DNA of 64,000 nt from Octopus sinensis (GCF_006345805.1 NC_043002.1:26536001-26600000), one strand, 5' to 3'; shown: positions 1-14,538, numbered from the stretch's first letter. Notes: generated from the letters alone by a model not told the origin. A program made the numbers and translations.

Positions 1-104
1 GTATATATATGCATATATATACGAATATAATTATACGTATATGCCTAAATTTTCTATGATATATATATTAATACATACATGTCATAGATAATTTTATATA
101 TATA

Positions 105-141
<37 letters not shown>

Positions 142-144
<3 letters not shown>

Positions 145-345
145 GGAAAGTTTACGAAAATAAAGAAAAGACGAAGGCAGGTGGTGTACAAACAAACAGA
201 TGTATTAGTATAGCGCTCAGGAATAGAAAAAAGTATTTTACGTTTCGAGCCTACGCTCTTCTAATGAAAGATACACAGAAAAAAAAACAAAGAGAGAAAG
301 AAGGAGAGAAAAAAAAATCTGTGTAGTAGCTAACGATCTATCATG
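142..345 (-). mobile_element. Short PLE-tail-like repeat (family X), copy 1, with degenerate hammerhead motif at ~234-271
   Basis: Shares GACGAAGGCAGGTGG...GCGCTCAGGAA...ACGTTTCGAGCCTACGCTCTTC with 22596-22780 and more loosely with 53643-53826; sits directly after a (TA)n tract. Confidence 0.7.
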
Positions 346-719
346 GCGTATGTATATATATATATAATAGAAAATTTATACAAATACGTATAATTAGATT
401 CGTGTGTTTAAAGGGGATTAGAAATAGTCGATAAAATAAATATACACGATAGATCCGAGCCTTATGCACCACAAACACCACGAATAAAAAATATACGTGT
501 ATGAAGTATATGACCTAGACGTCCTGCTTTAACGTTGTTGTCCTCTTTAACAATTATATATCATAGGTGATCTAAACAACTAGGTACGCTGGGGAAGTGC
601 TGTAACGGATTACTGGGGCTCCAAGGTTATAGCCGAGACGGGAGTTATGGAGCCATTGTAGATTTCCGATATATGCCCTATTAATTAATACACTCAATGC
701 TTCGATTTCCACTCATTTG

Positions 720-1260
720 CTTATTTATCATATTTTTAATTGAATAGTCGTTGACTCTGTCCGTTATTGGAGTTGCGTTCTTTTTGTTTGTTTGTGCGTA
801 TGTGTGTGCGTCTGTGTGCATGTGCATACACATATGTATGTATGTATGTATGTATGTACACGTGTGTGTGTATGCATATATATATATGTATGCGTGTGTA
901 TGCATATACATATGTATGCGTCTGTGTACGATCATATGTACGCATTCCGCATATTCATGTTTGCGTGTTCATGCTTGTGTTTTTGTCTGTGTGTGTATGT
1001 GCATGTTTGTTAATGTGTATGTGTATTTGTGTGTGTACCCCTGTCTTCTCGTGTGTGCATGTTTGCGTGTGTCTATATGTATGGGTTTGTGTCACTATGT
1101 AAGTCCGTTTGTTATGAATGGAAATGTGTCTCCATATGTGTCCTTGTGTGTGTGAAGTGTGTCTATATGGTCTTGTCTTTCGTTCTTCTTCTCTGTGTGT
1201 ATGTGTGTATATATGTGTGTAAGTGTGTGTGCTTGTCTGTCCATATAACCTATGTACACA
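720..1260. repeat. Degenerate (TG)n/(TATG)n simple-repeat field
   Basis: Dinucleotide and tetranucleotide repeats visible; source of the CVCV/YIHT ORFs. Confidence 0.9.
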
Positions 1261-1747
1261 TCTTTCTAAATAGCCGTGGATAAATTTGTATATCTTAATA
1301 GTACTCTCGCCCAGTTAAGTTACCTGAACGAAAATTAACAGTCACAAGATTTCAAATAATGATTTATATCCTGAGATGCAATCAAATAACAAAGCGAATT
1401 TAAAAATTGATCTCTGTTGAAAGGATTACGTACATACATCTTAGTGGAATTATATGCCCCAATGCAAATGAATGCCATGGGCTACGCAGCATTTACTTAC
1501 TGAGAGCAAGCCAAAACATGCATAGACCAGAACTGAGGCACTTAAACAATATAGAATCCTCGGATACCTCAATCATCGTTACCATGTCTTACGTCTGCGT
1601 CACTGGGGAGACCAACTGAAGTTAAAGTCCGTCTTTTATATTTCACCTTCCTTCTAAAAGGTTTCAACACACAATGTCTTCTCGAGATATCTGCTGGAGG
1701 CGAAGGTTAGAACGAGTGCAGTTCTTAGTTTTTATATATGTTTAACA

Positions 1748-1798
<51 letters not shown>

Positions 1799-3162
1799 AA
1801 GGTATTTCAATCAAATTCTGTTCAAACAGGTTTGTATTAATAGGTATATTCTTTTCATTCTCACATACACACGTGCTCAGATGCACACATATAACATATG
1901 TATGCGCATACGAACAAAATACATATACACATCCGTATATACAAACATGCACATGCATACGTTTCTCCTTCTCTCAATCTGTACCTCCTCTCTCTCACCC
2001 CTCTCTCTCCTCGTCCCTCTCTCATCCCTCTCCCTCTCTCTCCTTATCTCTATCACTCTCTGAATGTTAAAATATGAAAGATGTTAAAATATGAAAGAAT
2101 TTTCATACCTGCATAGGTTCGCTTCAAACAGCGATATTAAAACATGCACATTCATGGTCGAATAAATCAATTATGATTGAATTATGATTGAATTAAATCA
2201 ATTATCATATCACCTTTCTCCTCAGTGCAAGAAGTCTAAATAAACAATTATTATTACACAGGAAATAGCGGAGAATAATTTCGGATATACATATTTATGC
2301 TTATGAAAATTACGAACATCATCATAAAGAATGTGAGTCTAGTTATGTATAAACTAAAGCTAAGCCAACTAACGGTTATTTGAAAATATAAGTGAAAAGG
2401 TTTTATGAGACTTTCCCTCTATAGAAGAGTAAGTAGATAAGTACTTCAAACTCCATACAAGTCATGTATGAAATAAAGTTTTATAGAACTGTCGAATGGA
2501 AAGGCATGGTTATGTTTGAATTTGGGTATAATTTGACAATTATAAACAATATTAGGTATGGTTTGTATTTAAAAAATGTGAGTGAGAATGAAATTAAACT
2601 AGTGAATGTAGTATATAATGGCTGCTAGAAAGCAACGAGAACAAGTATTAGGGTTTGAAAAGCTTAAAGAGCGACGTAAAATGAAGTTGCGTTAGTGTAA
2701 GAAGTAATATTCGTCAGTATGTATTAAATATAAGGTAAAATATTTTTAAAATATGAAGTTAGTAGTTGATATTACAGATTTAGATAGTAAATACCTGCTG
2801 TGGCTATAAATACTAAAAAGATCGTTCAGAGGTTTAATTAGGTGTAGTAAACGGAAAATAACAATGTTGGGGAGATAATATAGCTAGGAAAGTAAAGTAG
2901 AAAAAAATTTAAATTATTAGTATCGCTATGTAATACATTGACTATGTTTAGGTATAAATAAAAGTATGAGTTAAGAAGTTAGCTTGGCATAAAGTGAGAG
3001 GGAAGTATAGAGTAATATTATGTAATAAGTATTCATGTTATAAAAGGTTATTGTGCATTATGAATATAAGAAAAAAATTTATGACTAGTGTGTGTGTGTA
3101 TATATGTGCACACGTTCATATTAAAACTACATATTAGTGGTAACATATAGTTAATAAGCACG

Positions 3163-3201
3163 ATAGTAGTAGTAGTAATAGTAGTAGTAGTAGTAGTAGT
3201 A

Positions 3202-3248
<47 letters not shown>

Positions 3249-3262
3249 TAATAATAATAATG

Positions 3263-3321
<59 letters not shown>

Positions 3322-3335
3322 TATAATAATAATAA
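3163..3335. repeat. Compound (TAG)n-(TAA)n microsatellite
   Basis: Direct reading. Confidence 0.97.
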
Positions 3336-3336
3336 C

Positions 3337-3894
3337 AAATGCCCTGATGCAGTACCAGACAGTGGCTCTCGTGGCTTCTGATCTTAACTGATTTAAAGTT
3401 TTATCGTTTACATTGTTTTGTATTGGTATAAATAATGGGCTACAGCACATATTCTGCTCAATACCACAGATTTTCTTGTCAGTTGTTTGACCTTAACCAG
3501 TTGATCATGTCCCTTAGTGGCTGACGATATGTGCATCTCTGATCACGAGCTGAAGTAGTGGAGGAGCATCATAGCCATGTGTTGAGAGGGCTTTTTGGGG
3601 GTTTGAATAATTCACCTCTGGAAACATGGGTGTTTCGTTCAACATCCTTAAACGATCCTTATTCAAGGACCTTTTCAGCGGGATGGGTTACTCGACCAGA
3701 AGAAAATTCTAACTGGGGCCCACCTGCAATGTCATGTGCTGTTTATGTTGATATGGGATCACCACGTCGCACACATATGGTTATGATGCATGTGCCTGGT
3801 GAAACCTTATCAGACGGGTAGTCATGATGGGTATACTGGGCTTCGTATATTTTACCCCAGTGTCACTTTGATGGCATGCACTGCTCTCTCACTC

Positions 3895-3897
<3 letters not shown>
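3337..3897. mobile_element. ~560-bp non-coding interspersed element bounded by (AAT)n on both sides
   Basis: Complex sequence starts AATGCCCTGATGCAG right after (TAA)n and ends CTCTCTCACTC before (AAT)n; no credible ORF; orientation unknown. Confidence 0.55.
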
Positions 3898-3935
<38 letters not shown>

Positions 3936-3937
<2 letters not shown>

Positions 3938-4699
3938 TGAAACCATTGACCATGTGGTCTCCAAGTGCAGTCTTCTAGCGCCTACAGAGTATCTCAACAG
4001 GCACGATAGAGCTGCACAATATATTCACTGGGTAATCTGTAAAAACCTGGAGTTGCCCCATGAGAAAAACTGGTGGGAACACAAACCACCCCCAGTGCTT
4101 GAAAATGACCACATCTCACTCCTCTGGAACTTCACCATTCAAACTGACAGGAAGATAGATGCAAATAGGCCAGACATCATATTGAAAGACTTCAAACAAA
4201 GAACATGCCTCCTCATTGATATGACTGTCCCAATCGATATAAACGTATCTGTCAGGACCTACCAAAAAACTGAGCAATATAAAGATCTTGAAATAGAAAT
4301 CAGCAAAATGTGGAAGCTGAAGACTAAAACAATACCTGTTGTCATAGGTGCCCTGGGAATGATAGCAAAAGGGGCTGATAGCTACCTAACTCAGATACCA
4401 GGAAACCCAAAAATGGCAGAAGTTCAAAAGATAGTGCTCATGGGAACTGCTCATATCCTACGCAAAATACTCTCTATGTAACCTCAAGGTTTAAAACAAC
4501 CATAATTTTCGGTTTAAAAAAAAAAAAAAAAAAAACTTTTTTTTTTAGACATTCATTAGTACAACATCCCCACCCCCCAAATATATGGCACACTAGGCAT
4601 AACAACAACATGAACTTCCAACCCTGTTGTCTCTTGAGGTCTCTGGGTGAGACTTGGAGCCAACTTGTACAAATATAAAGCAAAAGTCAAACATAGAAT
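3936..4699 (+). mobile_element. 5'-truncated R4/Dong-clade non-LTR retrotransposon (restriction-like endonuclease domain plus 3' UTR)
   Basis: Frame reads ETIDHVVSKC...RHD...RPDII...IDMTVP...KDLEIE...IPVVIGALG...QKIVLMGTAHILRKIL* (part of the CCHC knuckle plus PD-D/ExK RLE); ORF 3954-4481; followed by 3' UTR and (AAT)n. Confidence 0.9.
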
Positions 4700-5049
4700 A
4701 ATAATAATATTAGATTTACATGCACAATGGCAAATAGAATCGATATCTAGAAATGCACACATTGTTGTAGGTAAGTTGGCCACCAAGAAGTATTATATAT
4801 GTTTGCATATCTCAGGTAGATTCGCAAGTGACATAAAACATTGTAAATTAAAATATGTAAGTGGAGGGGGATTTTGTTAGGACTTTGATAGGTACAAAAA
4901 AGATAGTTATATTATATACTAAAGGAAGATATAAAAATAAATTGACAGAAAGGAAGGTGTAAGGAGATTTGGAGAAAATGTTAGCCCAATATAATATGAG
5001 TCATGTAATTATCGGAGGGGGGTGTTAAATAATAGATATATATCAATAT

Positions 5050-6960
5050 GATATAAGATAAAGTGATGTGCGGAGGCGATGAGTAATCGACTTCCAGAGA
5101 TATTACAAAAAAGAAGTGTTATTAAAAATTCAAATAAGGTGGGGAGTATTATTTAAGATTAATGAAAGGAATTTGGTCATGTGTTTACATGAAAAAGCTT
5201 TCACATCCCTAGTATTAACCATATGTCCATTCATTCTCATTATCTTGTAGCTTTCTTCCAAACATAACCTACACATGTTATTATTATATCTATATGATGG
5301 GGTAGAACATAGGATTTTCCAAGTTATTGAGTAATCGATATTGTTTAGACCTGTTCTATTTTCTTTTCTAGAATCACTAAAGGACGATCTATGATTATTC
5401 GTGATTTTATAGAATTGTTCAAACAACGAATATATTTAAATTTAGAGGAGTTATGAGTAACAATGGTTGCTTGGTATACTACTTCTTTGAATTCACAATT
5501 TCTATCTAATTCATAAATATTTTAGTCTCTACAATTACAATTTAAATTATTGGGTGGTACTATGTTGTTATGTTTAAATTTCTTAGGGATAATAGAATTT
5601 TGGTTATTATCATAATAGTAGTTGCTAGTTATAGAATTATTGGAGTTTATAGGTATATTGAATGAAGTTCTTTTTATTATACAATAGGTGCAGTTTCTTA
5701 TTGTTAAAAGAAATTATCCTAAAAGTGTTTGGAAAGACTGAAAATCCAAATTTGATTTTTTTTGTTACTAAATATTTTTGCTTATTTGGAAATTTTAAAG
5801 ATTTTAATAATTATAATTTTAATGGATATAAAAAAATTAGATGTTAGATGTTTGGCAAAAGGTATTATGATTCAAGTAGTGTTATTGTTGTTTTCTTTAT
5901 TAGAGTGATGGGATATGTTTTGGGAGTCATCTATTTTTACACATGGTATTGGTTTCTTTTCTTCTATTTTATTTCAATCTATATTAATATGATTTCTGTG
6001 GTTATTTGTATTATGAGAGGGATTAGGTGAAATGAGATTATGTTCATTTTTTATGTTTATAGGTTTAATGTTCTTATTTGTATCTATAATTAAATGTTTA
6101 TGGTGTTTGTTGCCAGTACTCTAGTTTATTTTATATTAGTATTAGTGTAGTTAGTGATTTGGGAATGGCTAAACTTAACACTATTTTTTCTTTTAAAAAT
6201 GTTTGGTTGTGGTGGTCGTATTGATTAAGTTTATTAGTATGTTTATTGTGGTTGTGAATTCTGTGTCTATTGCTAATGTTGTGTTGATGACTATTATTAA
6301 GAGATTTTATTAGTTTGTCGGGGGTGTACTAATTCTTCAGTTGACTTGGGAACACTACTATTGTCTATGTGGTTCATATCAAGATAAACTTTGATACTTT
6401 AGTATTGATGCTGTATTTTTTTGTACTTCATTTCATATTTATATAGTGCCTCCTTAAGTCCTAGATTATAGTAGTTTTTATGTTTGTTAAAAAGTTTTCG
6501 TTTGATGATAATAGATTAATTCTTCTTTCTATGTTAGTGATCAGGTTTTTTTTATCATGTTATAAGGATGGCTACTTTGAGCGTTTATGTATGTGATATT
6601 GTTGTTAGGCGTATGGTAAGGCTGGTAGGAGGAAGTATTAAGATGAAAGTTAACGTCTAGGAAGTTCACAGAGTTGTTATCGTTTTCAATAGTAATGGAT
6701 TGTCCTTGGTTTTTGAAGAAATTCTATAGACTTTTTTGTTGATTTTTTTTGTGGATTTTCTGTTGGCCGTATTTCTAAGTATAGTGCGTCGTCCCGGTAA
6801 AGACCATCTTCCAATTCAGAGAATTATTCTTTTAAGTCGGTGTAGAAGGTAAATTCCGAACTACATCGGTTACTTCAGCGGAGTCTTGTGCGCACATGGG
6901 TACACCGAAACAGTCTGTTTGAAACGATCGGATGCATGTATTAAAATTCTTTGACATTTT
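5050..6960 (-). mobile_element. Decayed Penelope-like element (Neptune-type): RT core, thumb, long linker, GIY-YIG endonuclease
   Basis: Minus-strand peptides: FGVPMCAQDSAEVTDVV (~6860-6910), GLYRDDAL (~6780-6805), ITIENDNNSVNFLDVNFHLNTSSYQPYHTPNN...SSHP (~6560-6700), IERRINLLSS (~6500), CNCRD (~5530), EVVY..KYI (~5430-5490), NNHRSSF...YSITWKIL...CRLCLEE (ORF 5130-5426); stops and frameshifts. Confidence 0.88.
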
Positions 6961-7107
6961 AACATTTTCTATTCTCCATTTTTAACAAATTTGTTGAATT
7001 ATGTGGCACACCTTTCCATAAATACTTAAGCCAGTAAGCCACCGGCGAAATATGAAGAATCTTTATTAGAATAATCCTGTTTTGGAGTACTCCAAATTCA
7101 ACATATT

Positions 7108-7173
7108 CACGCACACACACTCACGAACAAACTAACACACGCACACACACACGCGCACACACACACACACACA

Positions 7174-7250
<77 letters not shown>
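7108..7250. repeat. (CA)n microsatellite
   Basis: Direct reading. Confidence 0.97.
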
Positions 7251-7253
<3 letters not shown>

Positions 7254-7255
<2 letters not shown>

Positions 7256-7468
7256 TGGCAAGCTAGCGGAAACATTAGCACGCCGGACGAAATGCTTAGC
7301 GGTATTTCGTTATTTATGTTCTGAGTTTAAATTTCGCCGAGCTCGACTTCGACTTTCATCATTTTGGGGCCGATAAATCATCAGTTACCAGTTGCGTACT
7401 GGGGTCGAGCTAATAGAATGGCCCCACCTCCAAAATTCCAGGCCTTGTGCCTAGACTAGAAAAGAACA
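7254..7468 (+). mobile_element. tRNA-derived SINE, family A (octopus OK/OR-like)
   Basis: B-box-like GAGTTTAAATTTC; homologous to 32844-33073 and 35589-35820. Confidence 0.8.
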
Positions 7469-7524
7469 TCCTAACTATATATATACTGTCGTATGTATGT
7501 GTATATTGTTCTGCAAATACCACT

Positions 7525-7640
7525 GATAGGATAAGTACTAAACTTACAAAGAATAAATCCTGTAGTCGATTTGCTTGATCAACGGCGCTGCTCCAGCATG
7601 GACGCAGTCACATGATTGAAACAAGTGAAACAAAAAAATA
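7525..7640 (+). mobile_element. SINE family C, 3' tail fragment
   Basis: GATAAGTACT...CTCCAGCATGGACGCAGTCACATGATTGAAACAAG matches the reverse complement of the tail at 13600-13690. Confidence 0.6.
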
Positions 7641-7685
7641 AACTATGCCTTTTTAATCCCGTGCAACGCCGGGTATCACTGCTAG

Positions 7686-7760
<75 letters not shown>

Positions 7761-8146
7761 CATGTCTATAAAACAGGAAGAAATGCAGGTTAAAGCATAC
7801 AAATTTATGTTACATTAGTCTCGTATCCCCTCTTTTACATTATATAACATCGTGTAATTGAACAGATTTCAAAGCGATTAATGTTTACGGAAAAATCAAT
7901 GACTACCCAAATGCAGATTTGAATAATGACAAATGCACATATGAGAATCATATTAGGACCTCAGATGTGCACATATGTATGCGTGTAGGAATGGTTACAT
8001 GCATATATATATATTATATATATATATTATATATATATATATATACGATTGTATGTATTTATAGATGTATATATGCATATATGTATTTATATATCTATAT
8101 TATCATGAATACATGTATATGCACATGTGTATGTATGTATGCACAC

Positions 8147-8221
<75 letters not shown>

Positions 8222-8507
8222 CATACACACGCATACATATATATTCATATATACACAGAAAAACATATTTATTACAAATAGACCAATATTAGCGTTATGC
8301 ATACGGTGGTTTCATGTAAATATACATATGGGTTTGATTTTACTGTGCACATTCACTGCTTTAACTTTGATCGCCCCTTCATGCTAGGCACGGTGATATA
8401 GTGAATAGTATTAGTTATGCACGAACATTAAATCCCCCATAGACACGTACATACATAAGTAGTCTCACATGCACATATACGCTTAAAATACATATCCTAA
8501 TGTCTAC

Positions 8508-8544
<37 letters not shown>

Positions 8545-8631
8545 TATATATAATATATACATATTTATATATATATAATATTATATATATATATAATATA
8601 TATATATATAATATATATATACATATATATA

Positions 8632-8671
<40 letters not shown>

Positions 8672-9578
8672 ATCTGCATATATGTGTGTGTGTTACATGC
8701 GTGTGTGTCTATATGCATGCTGTTTCTTTTGAGATCGGTTGTGTATCGACTACTGCTTATATCTATGTGTGTGTAGCCATCCTTGTAGTTGTGCGAAACA
8801 AACATTCCTTCTAGCTATTATGTATTTTACAATGGAAATAGCATCCTTTACTTGAAAGATGTTTGTCTATTTAATAGTCCGTATAGTTTATCAATTTATG
8901 TTCCATGGCATTGATATATCTCACTATAATAAAGCTTATATATTGGAATTCTCTGCATAATATTATATTGGTGTTCATGTTAGTTATTCCTCACACAGTC
9001 CTGGTCATGTAAACCTATAATCAAAGTTCTTTCAGTCGTTACCATCTACTGTTTTTACTAGATTCATTGCAGCCATTACCATATTATAATTTTGTTTCAT
9101 ATCAAGGTAGGCTATGTGTTTTGGTAGACATATGGATGTTATTTTTAGCTTCTCAACCGTTCAGGAACAGACTATATCATTGGTAATATTCTATATATAT
9201 ATTCATATGTATATGTTTATGCACATATATATCTATAGCTATATACGTGTATATATACCTATATCTATATGTAAGTATGTAAGCATACATACCCACACAC
9301 ACGAACATACACGCACACACAAACATACTTACACATGCGTACAATCTTTTATGAGAAACGAGTGTTCAATGCATGTAGAGTATATGGTCTTTTTATTGAA
9401 ACTGAAAGTGAAATTGAGTAGCGACAGTAAGTTTGCTTCGGTAACAAATCTCTATGTATATATACATACACACAGACACACACACGTATACACTTGTATG
9501 CGTGTGTTTGAGCGTGTAAGTGTGTGTATGTATGCATACATACCTATGTATGTATATATGTATGTATGTATGTATGTA

Positions 9579-9669
<91 letters not shown>

Positions 9670-11639
9670 TATATGTCCTCACACAAGCATATGTGTGTAT
9701 GCATTTGTGATTATTCAAGTATTATCTTAAAGCAAGTTTACCAATAACAAGGCTCTATTTGCCGATGCTGGAAATGTTATAGTAAACGTATAATGTAATT
9801 TATTATATAATTCGTGTTCACTGGGATTTGAAGTTAAACCTGAAGCGTTATGCTATAGTTGAATACGCCGTTAAGCAAACTTTGAAGGCTAATCAACATC
9901 AATTTTATGACCGACATTTCTCTATCCGTATATATATGTATTTTTGTATAGAATATAATATACATAATATAATGTAATATAATATAATATAATATAATAT
10001 GATATAATATAATATAACATATATACATATATATATATACACATATATACATATACATACATACACACACATACATATATGTGTATGTTCTCTTGAAATT
10101 TTGTAAGAATATAGCTGTTTTCAAACATATTTTATATACACAACTCCAACGCTTGTTTCTAGATATCACATGCTAATTGAATAATGTCTTGCGTACCTTT
10201 AAACACCTTACTTGAAATGTGGCCTCACATTTTCGAAAACTCTAGCTTTTCTAGATTGCCCTGTAGGTATTTACTAACAATACTAAGTTCAGTTCTTAAA
10301 TGTAAGTTTATTACATGGTTACACAATATAAATGTACTTGTGTTTGTGTGAAAAATATATTTTTTAATGTTGGAAATGGAAGTTTCAGGGATCTGATTTT
10401 CGAAGTCAACTTTTGAGGAATGAATCTGGCAACGCCCAGTAAGAATATTTCAATAACGATATTCAGTTTTTTTTGCTGACAAAATAGAAAACTTCATAAG
10501 ATAAATAAGACCAAAGGTGTACTGCTTTGATAAAGTACATGGTCCATATATGCTAACGGTAAATATAATTTTATGATGCTTCATGGCTCACCTCAAAATA
10601 AACATCTGCGATTATATGGAATAATTATGTTTAATCTAAAACGAAACGGAGAATATTTACCTGCAAACAGAAGAATGTTTTGTTGCTAATTATAATTCCA
10701 CTACCCACCACAAGTGTACTTTAGTCAAGTCTTGGAAACCATTGGATTTGTTTGTATGATTGCTTGCGTATGAAGTATATTAGATTGCGTGTTTCTGAAT
10801 TTTCTGTTTATTTTCGAAAAAGTAACCCGAGTTGAGTAAAATGGTAAGATGTTGTTTGATGTGGATATCTTATGGCATAGAAAGATCCTAATTTTGGATG
10901 AAGTGGTTGATTATGGGAATGGATTGCTTATATATCATCAAAAAAATATTAAACAAAAATTATACCAATTCCCAAGGCAAAGTATTCGATTATTTTAAAG
11001 TTAATGAAATTTTCCCTTAGAAACACAATGGAAGATCATTTTCTATTAATAGGGATTCCGGTCCTCCACTAGGTAAACTCCAAAATATAATTTACGATTC
11101 CAAATATTTACTTCATAAACATAGAATAGAACAAGGAAACTTTGTAACATAATCTAATTTTTAGCTCTAGTATTGTAGGTATGAACAAAAACTGTTTTCA
11201 GTATAAAGTTAAAGTTAAAGTCTATAAAAGAAAATATATTTATATTTACTGGTTGAAGATAAAATCTTTGTTTCATCGAAAAGTATGATGTGGTCTACAC
11301 ATACGATATGTGTTATCTATTCATGAGTATCAGAATACGTTAATTAATAAGAACGTGGGTGTAATCTGATAGTAACGAGCTCGCATAAACAATTCCTATA
11401 CAGACGCACACAAATCTGTCTTTCTATGTGTGTGAGTGTGTGCGTGAGTGCGTGCGTGTTGTGTGTATATGTGTGTGTGTGTGAGTGCGTTTGCACGTGT
11501 GTACGTATGTGTATGCATGTTTGCGTGTATATAATGTGATGTATATATATAAATATGTATATATATATACATAAATATATATATATATATACATATACAT
11601 ATGCATACATATACACACACACCACACACACACACACAC

Positions 11640-11672
<33 letters not shown>

Positions 11673-11690
11673 TATATATACATATACATG

Positions 11691-11746
<56 letters not shown>

Positions 11747-12519
11747 ATGTATATATTGTATGTGTGGTGCATTCCGCTATTAATTACATAAGGGCTTCTA
11801 TCAACAATACCACGCTCTATCTATAATTCGGTAAAGATTATTTCTCTTTAGACGGTAACTTACTTCAGTCAAAGGTCGAATGCTTATCAGTGATGAAATG
11901 AAAGATATTATAAATCAATCTCTATAATTGATTTTTTGGAAATAACACTAATCAAATCATACCGTGTTATTGGCTTGTAGGGACAACGAAATATATTGCA
12001 AATACCGATTTAACAGGAATAAAATTACGAATTTATGCGTATTTGAAGGTCCTTAACTATAAATTTATTTCTTAATATTTTCCCAAGACCTATGAGCCCA
12101 TCACATTCCGTTTGGTGGTTTGAAGTAAACGGCGATGCCACATCTAACGGTCTCTTAGATTCTGCAGACAGAGTCTTCATGTGATTGTAAAACCCTGTAT
12201 TCTTATGACTTGTTTAAATATATATACATATATGAAATGATAATAGAATACATACACGTAGAATACATCTAGATACTCATGCACTCATACATACATACAT
12301 ACATACATACATACATACATACATACATACATACACGATACATACATGCATGCATAGATACACACACACAAACACACTTATATATATCACGACGCCAATC
12401 ACATTCTTCTTTCCCGTTCCCTCTTGGACATTTTTGACTCTTGTTTACTCGAGACATCAAGTCTGTATATACTGTAATCCCTATACTGAAGCCTCATCAC
12501 ACACAGATATTTCCTTATC

Positions 12520-13590
12520 TTAGGTCTTCATCCTCAGCCTAGCAATTTTACCGTCCTCTATTTGACCGGACTTGCTCTCTCTTTTAACTGCTATTTCGTT
12601 TGCTATAGGGATTTACCATCAGGACAGGGGAGGGACTATGGAGACAAAAATGGACTACAAAGTTCGTTGGCCATGTTGAGGTCCAAATATTCTCACATTT
12701 TATCAGTATCACTCCTGATGTATACAGTCGGTACATCGACGACCGTTTCGGTGAGACCACACTCTCTTGCGAATAATTCGAATCCCTTCTCTCTTTCATT
12801 GAATCATTCTACACCAACCTTGAATTCTACTGCTGTATCTCCAATAACACCTGTGATTTGAGATTTCCGTTGCCTTCAACCACTCCTCTCTTACCACCTT
12901 TACTCATTAGAAGGCTATAGACTCTCACTCCTACTGCAACTGCTCCTCTCATCCCATCCAAATCAAACTGTCCATCCTCTGCTTTCAGGTTCAACGTCTC
13001 CGTCGGTTCTGTAGAGAAGACTAAAACTTCGAAACAGCCCAAGCTCATGGCTCGCCACTACTGCCAACGGAGATACCCGCCCACTGTTATCCAAGCCGCT
13101 CTCGCCTGTGCCGGGTCTGTTGACTGCACGTACACCCTATCTGCTGGGGCCACCCTGTGCTTATCTGCCTCACGGTCCCGCATACTTACCGTTCCTCTCC
13201 CAACCTTTACAACGTACTGTTTTATGTTTATCCAACACCTTTACTTGCCACATCTTCCCCTATTAAGACACACCCGTAACCTACGTAATCTACTGGTCCG
13301 TAGATTCTTCCACATTCTTGTCATTCAACTTGGATCCTTCCCTTGATCTTACCCATCCTCATGCACCCTTCCCTTCCGCCCTAGCACTCCTTCCACATCA
13401 CCGACTCCTTCACGTACACCTCTAGTAATCTCGGTGCTCTTTGTCATTCTCCATACATTAGGAAAACTGGTGGATGCCATGTGGTTGCAAAGCGAATTTG
13501 TTTCCCACACAGCAATGCCCTCGCCAATATATATTCACACACGCGCAGAAATACACACGTATACTTCCCCCACCTAAACGCCCACTTACA
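12520..13590 (+). mobile_element. Decayed Penelope/Poseidon-type PLE: RT core, thumb and partial GIY-YIG
   Basis: GTMETKM (cf. GxAMGTKMG), VYSRYIDDRFG (YIDD at 12732-12743), SSHP..KLSIL..QVQRLRRFC, RRYPPTVIQAAL, LRNLLVR, ITDSFTYTSSN; stops and frameshifts. Confidence 0.85.
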
Positions 13591-13599
13591 CACATACAC

Positions 13600-14032
13600 G
13601 TATATTCTTTTATTCTTTTACTTGTTTCAGTCATTTGACAGCAGCCATGCCGAAGAAATCGACACCAGGACTTGTTCTTTGTAAGCCTACTACTTATTCT
13701 ATCGGCTTCATTTGCCTTTTGCTAAGTCACTGGGACGCAAGCACACCAAAACTTGTTATAAAGCGATGGTGGGGCGACAGACACAGACACACGCACATAA
13801 ATATTTACACACACATACACACGCATATACACACACACCAACGCATACACACATACACAAACACCAACACACATGGGCTTCTTTCAGTCTCCGTCTAACA
13901 AACTCACTCACAAGGCATTTGTCGGGCAGCGACTACAGTAGAAGATGCCTACCCAAGTTTCCACACAGTAGGACTGAACCTGGTACCATTTGGATGGGAA
14001 GCAAGCTTCTTACCACACCTTTGCGCTTGCAC
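13600..14032 (-). mobile_element. SINE family C with internal (CA)n
   Basis: Head GTGGTAAGAAGCTTGCTTCCCA...GGTTCAGTCC; homologous to 29975-30120 and 55110-55530. Confidence 0.75.
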
Positions 14033-14457
14033 CTCCACCCAGTCAAGTACCTATATATCGTACTCATACACACACACGCGCACACACACACACACGCACA
14101 CACAAAAGCATATGTATATATATATGTATTTACGCACATACATGTGCGTGAATGCGTGTGTATATCTATGCATACGTTATTTTCAGTTAACTGGGAATTT
14201 AAGTTTCGCCTTGTTGAATCTTCAACGAATCAAAACTAAATAAACACATCGGTTCGTTATACTCTACTAAATAAGTAGATTCTCATCATCAGTAAAAGTT
14301 TTTTTATTTGTTTCTTAATAATTGAGAAACAATACCGAATTAAGGTGCATGAAACATATCCATACATAAGAACCTAAATACCTGCATACATATATATATA
14401 TATATATATAAAATACATAAACATACATACTATATATATATATATTATATATATATG

Positions 14458-14538
<81 letters not shown>

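Noticed and set aside
2400-2560. NIVYNCQI on the minus strand, resembling a GIY motif
   Set aside because: No YIG or downstream motifs are recognisable.
5076-5110. GCGATGA-GTAAT...ATTAC-AAAA hammerhead-like relic next to the PLE 3' end
   Set aside because: Core altered at three positions, with no recognisable stem III or stem I; kept only as weak context.
10800-11200. Possible PLE RT remnant on the minus strand (LPSGGPESLLIEN; LLNSGY)
   Set aside because: Motif matches are too weak and no YxDD motif is found.
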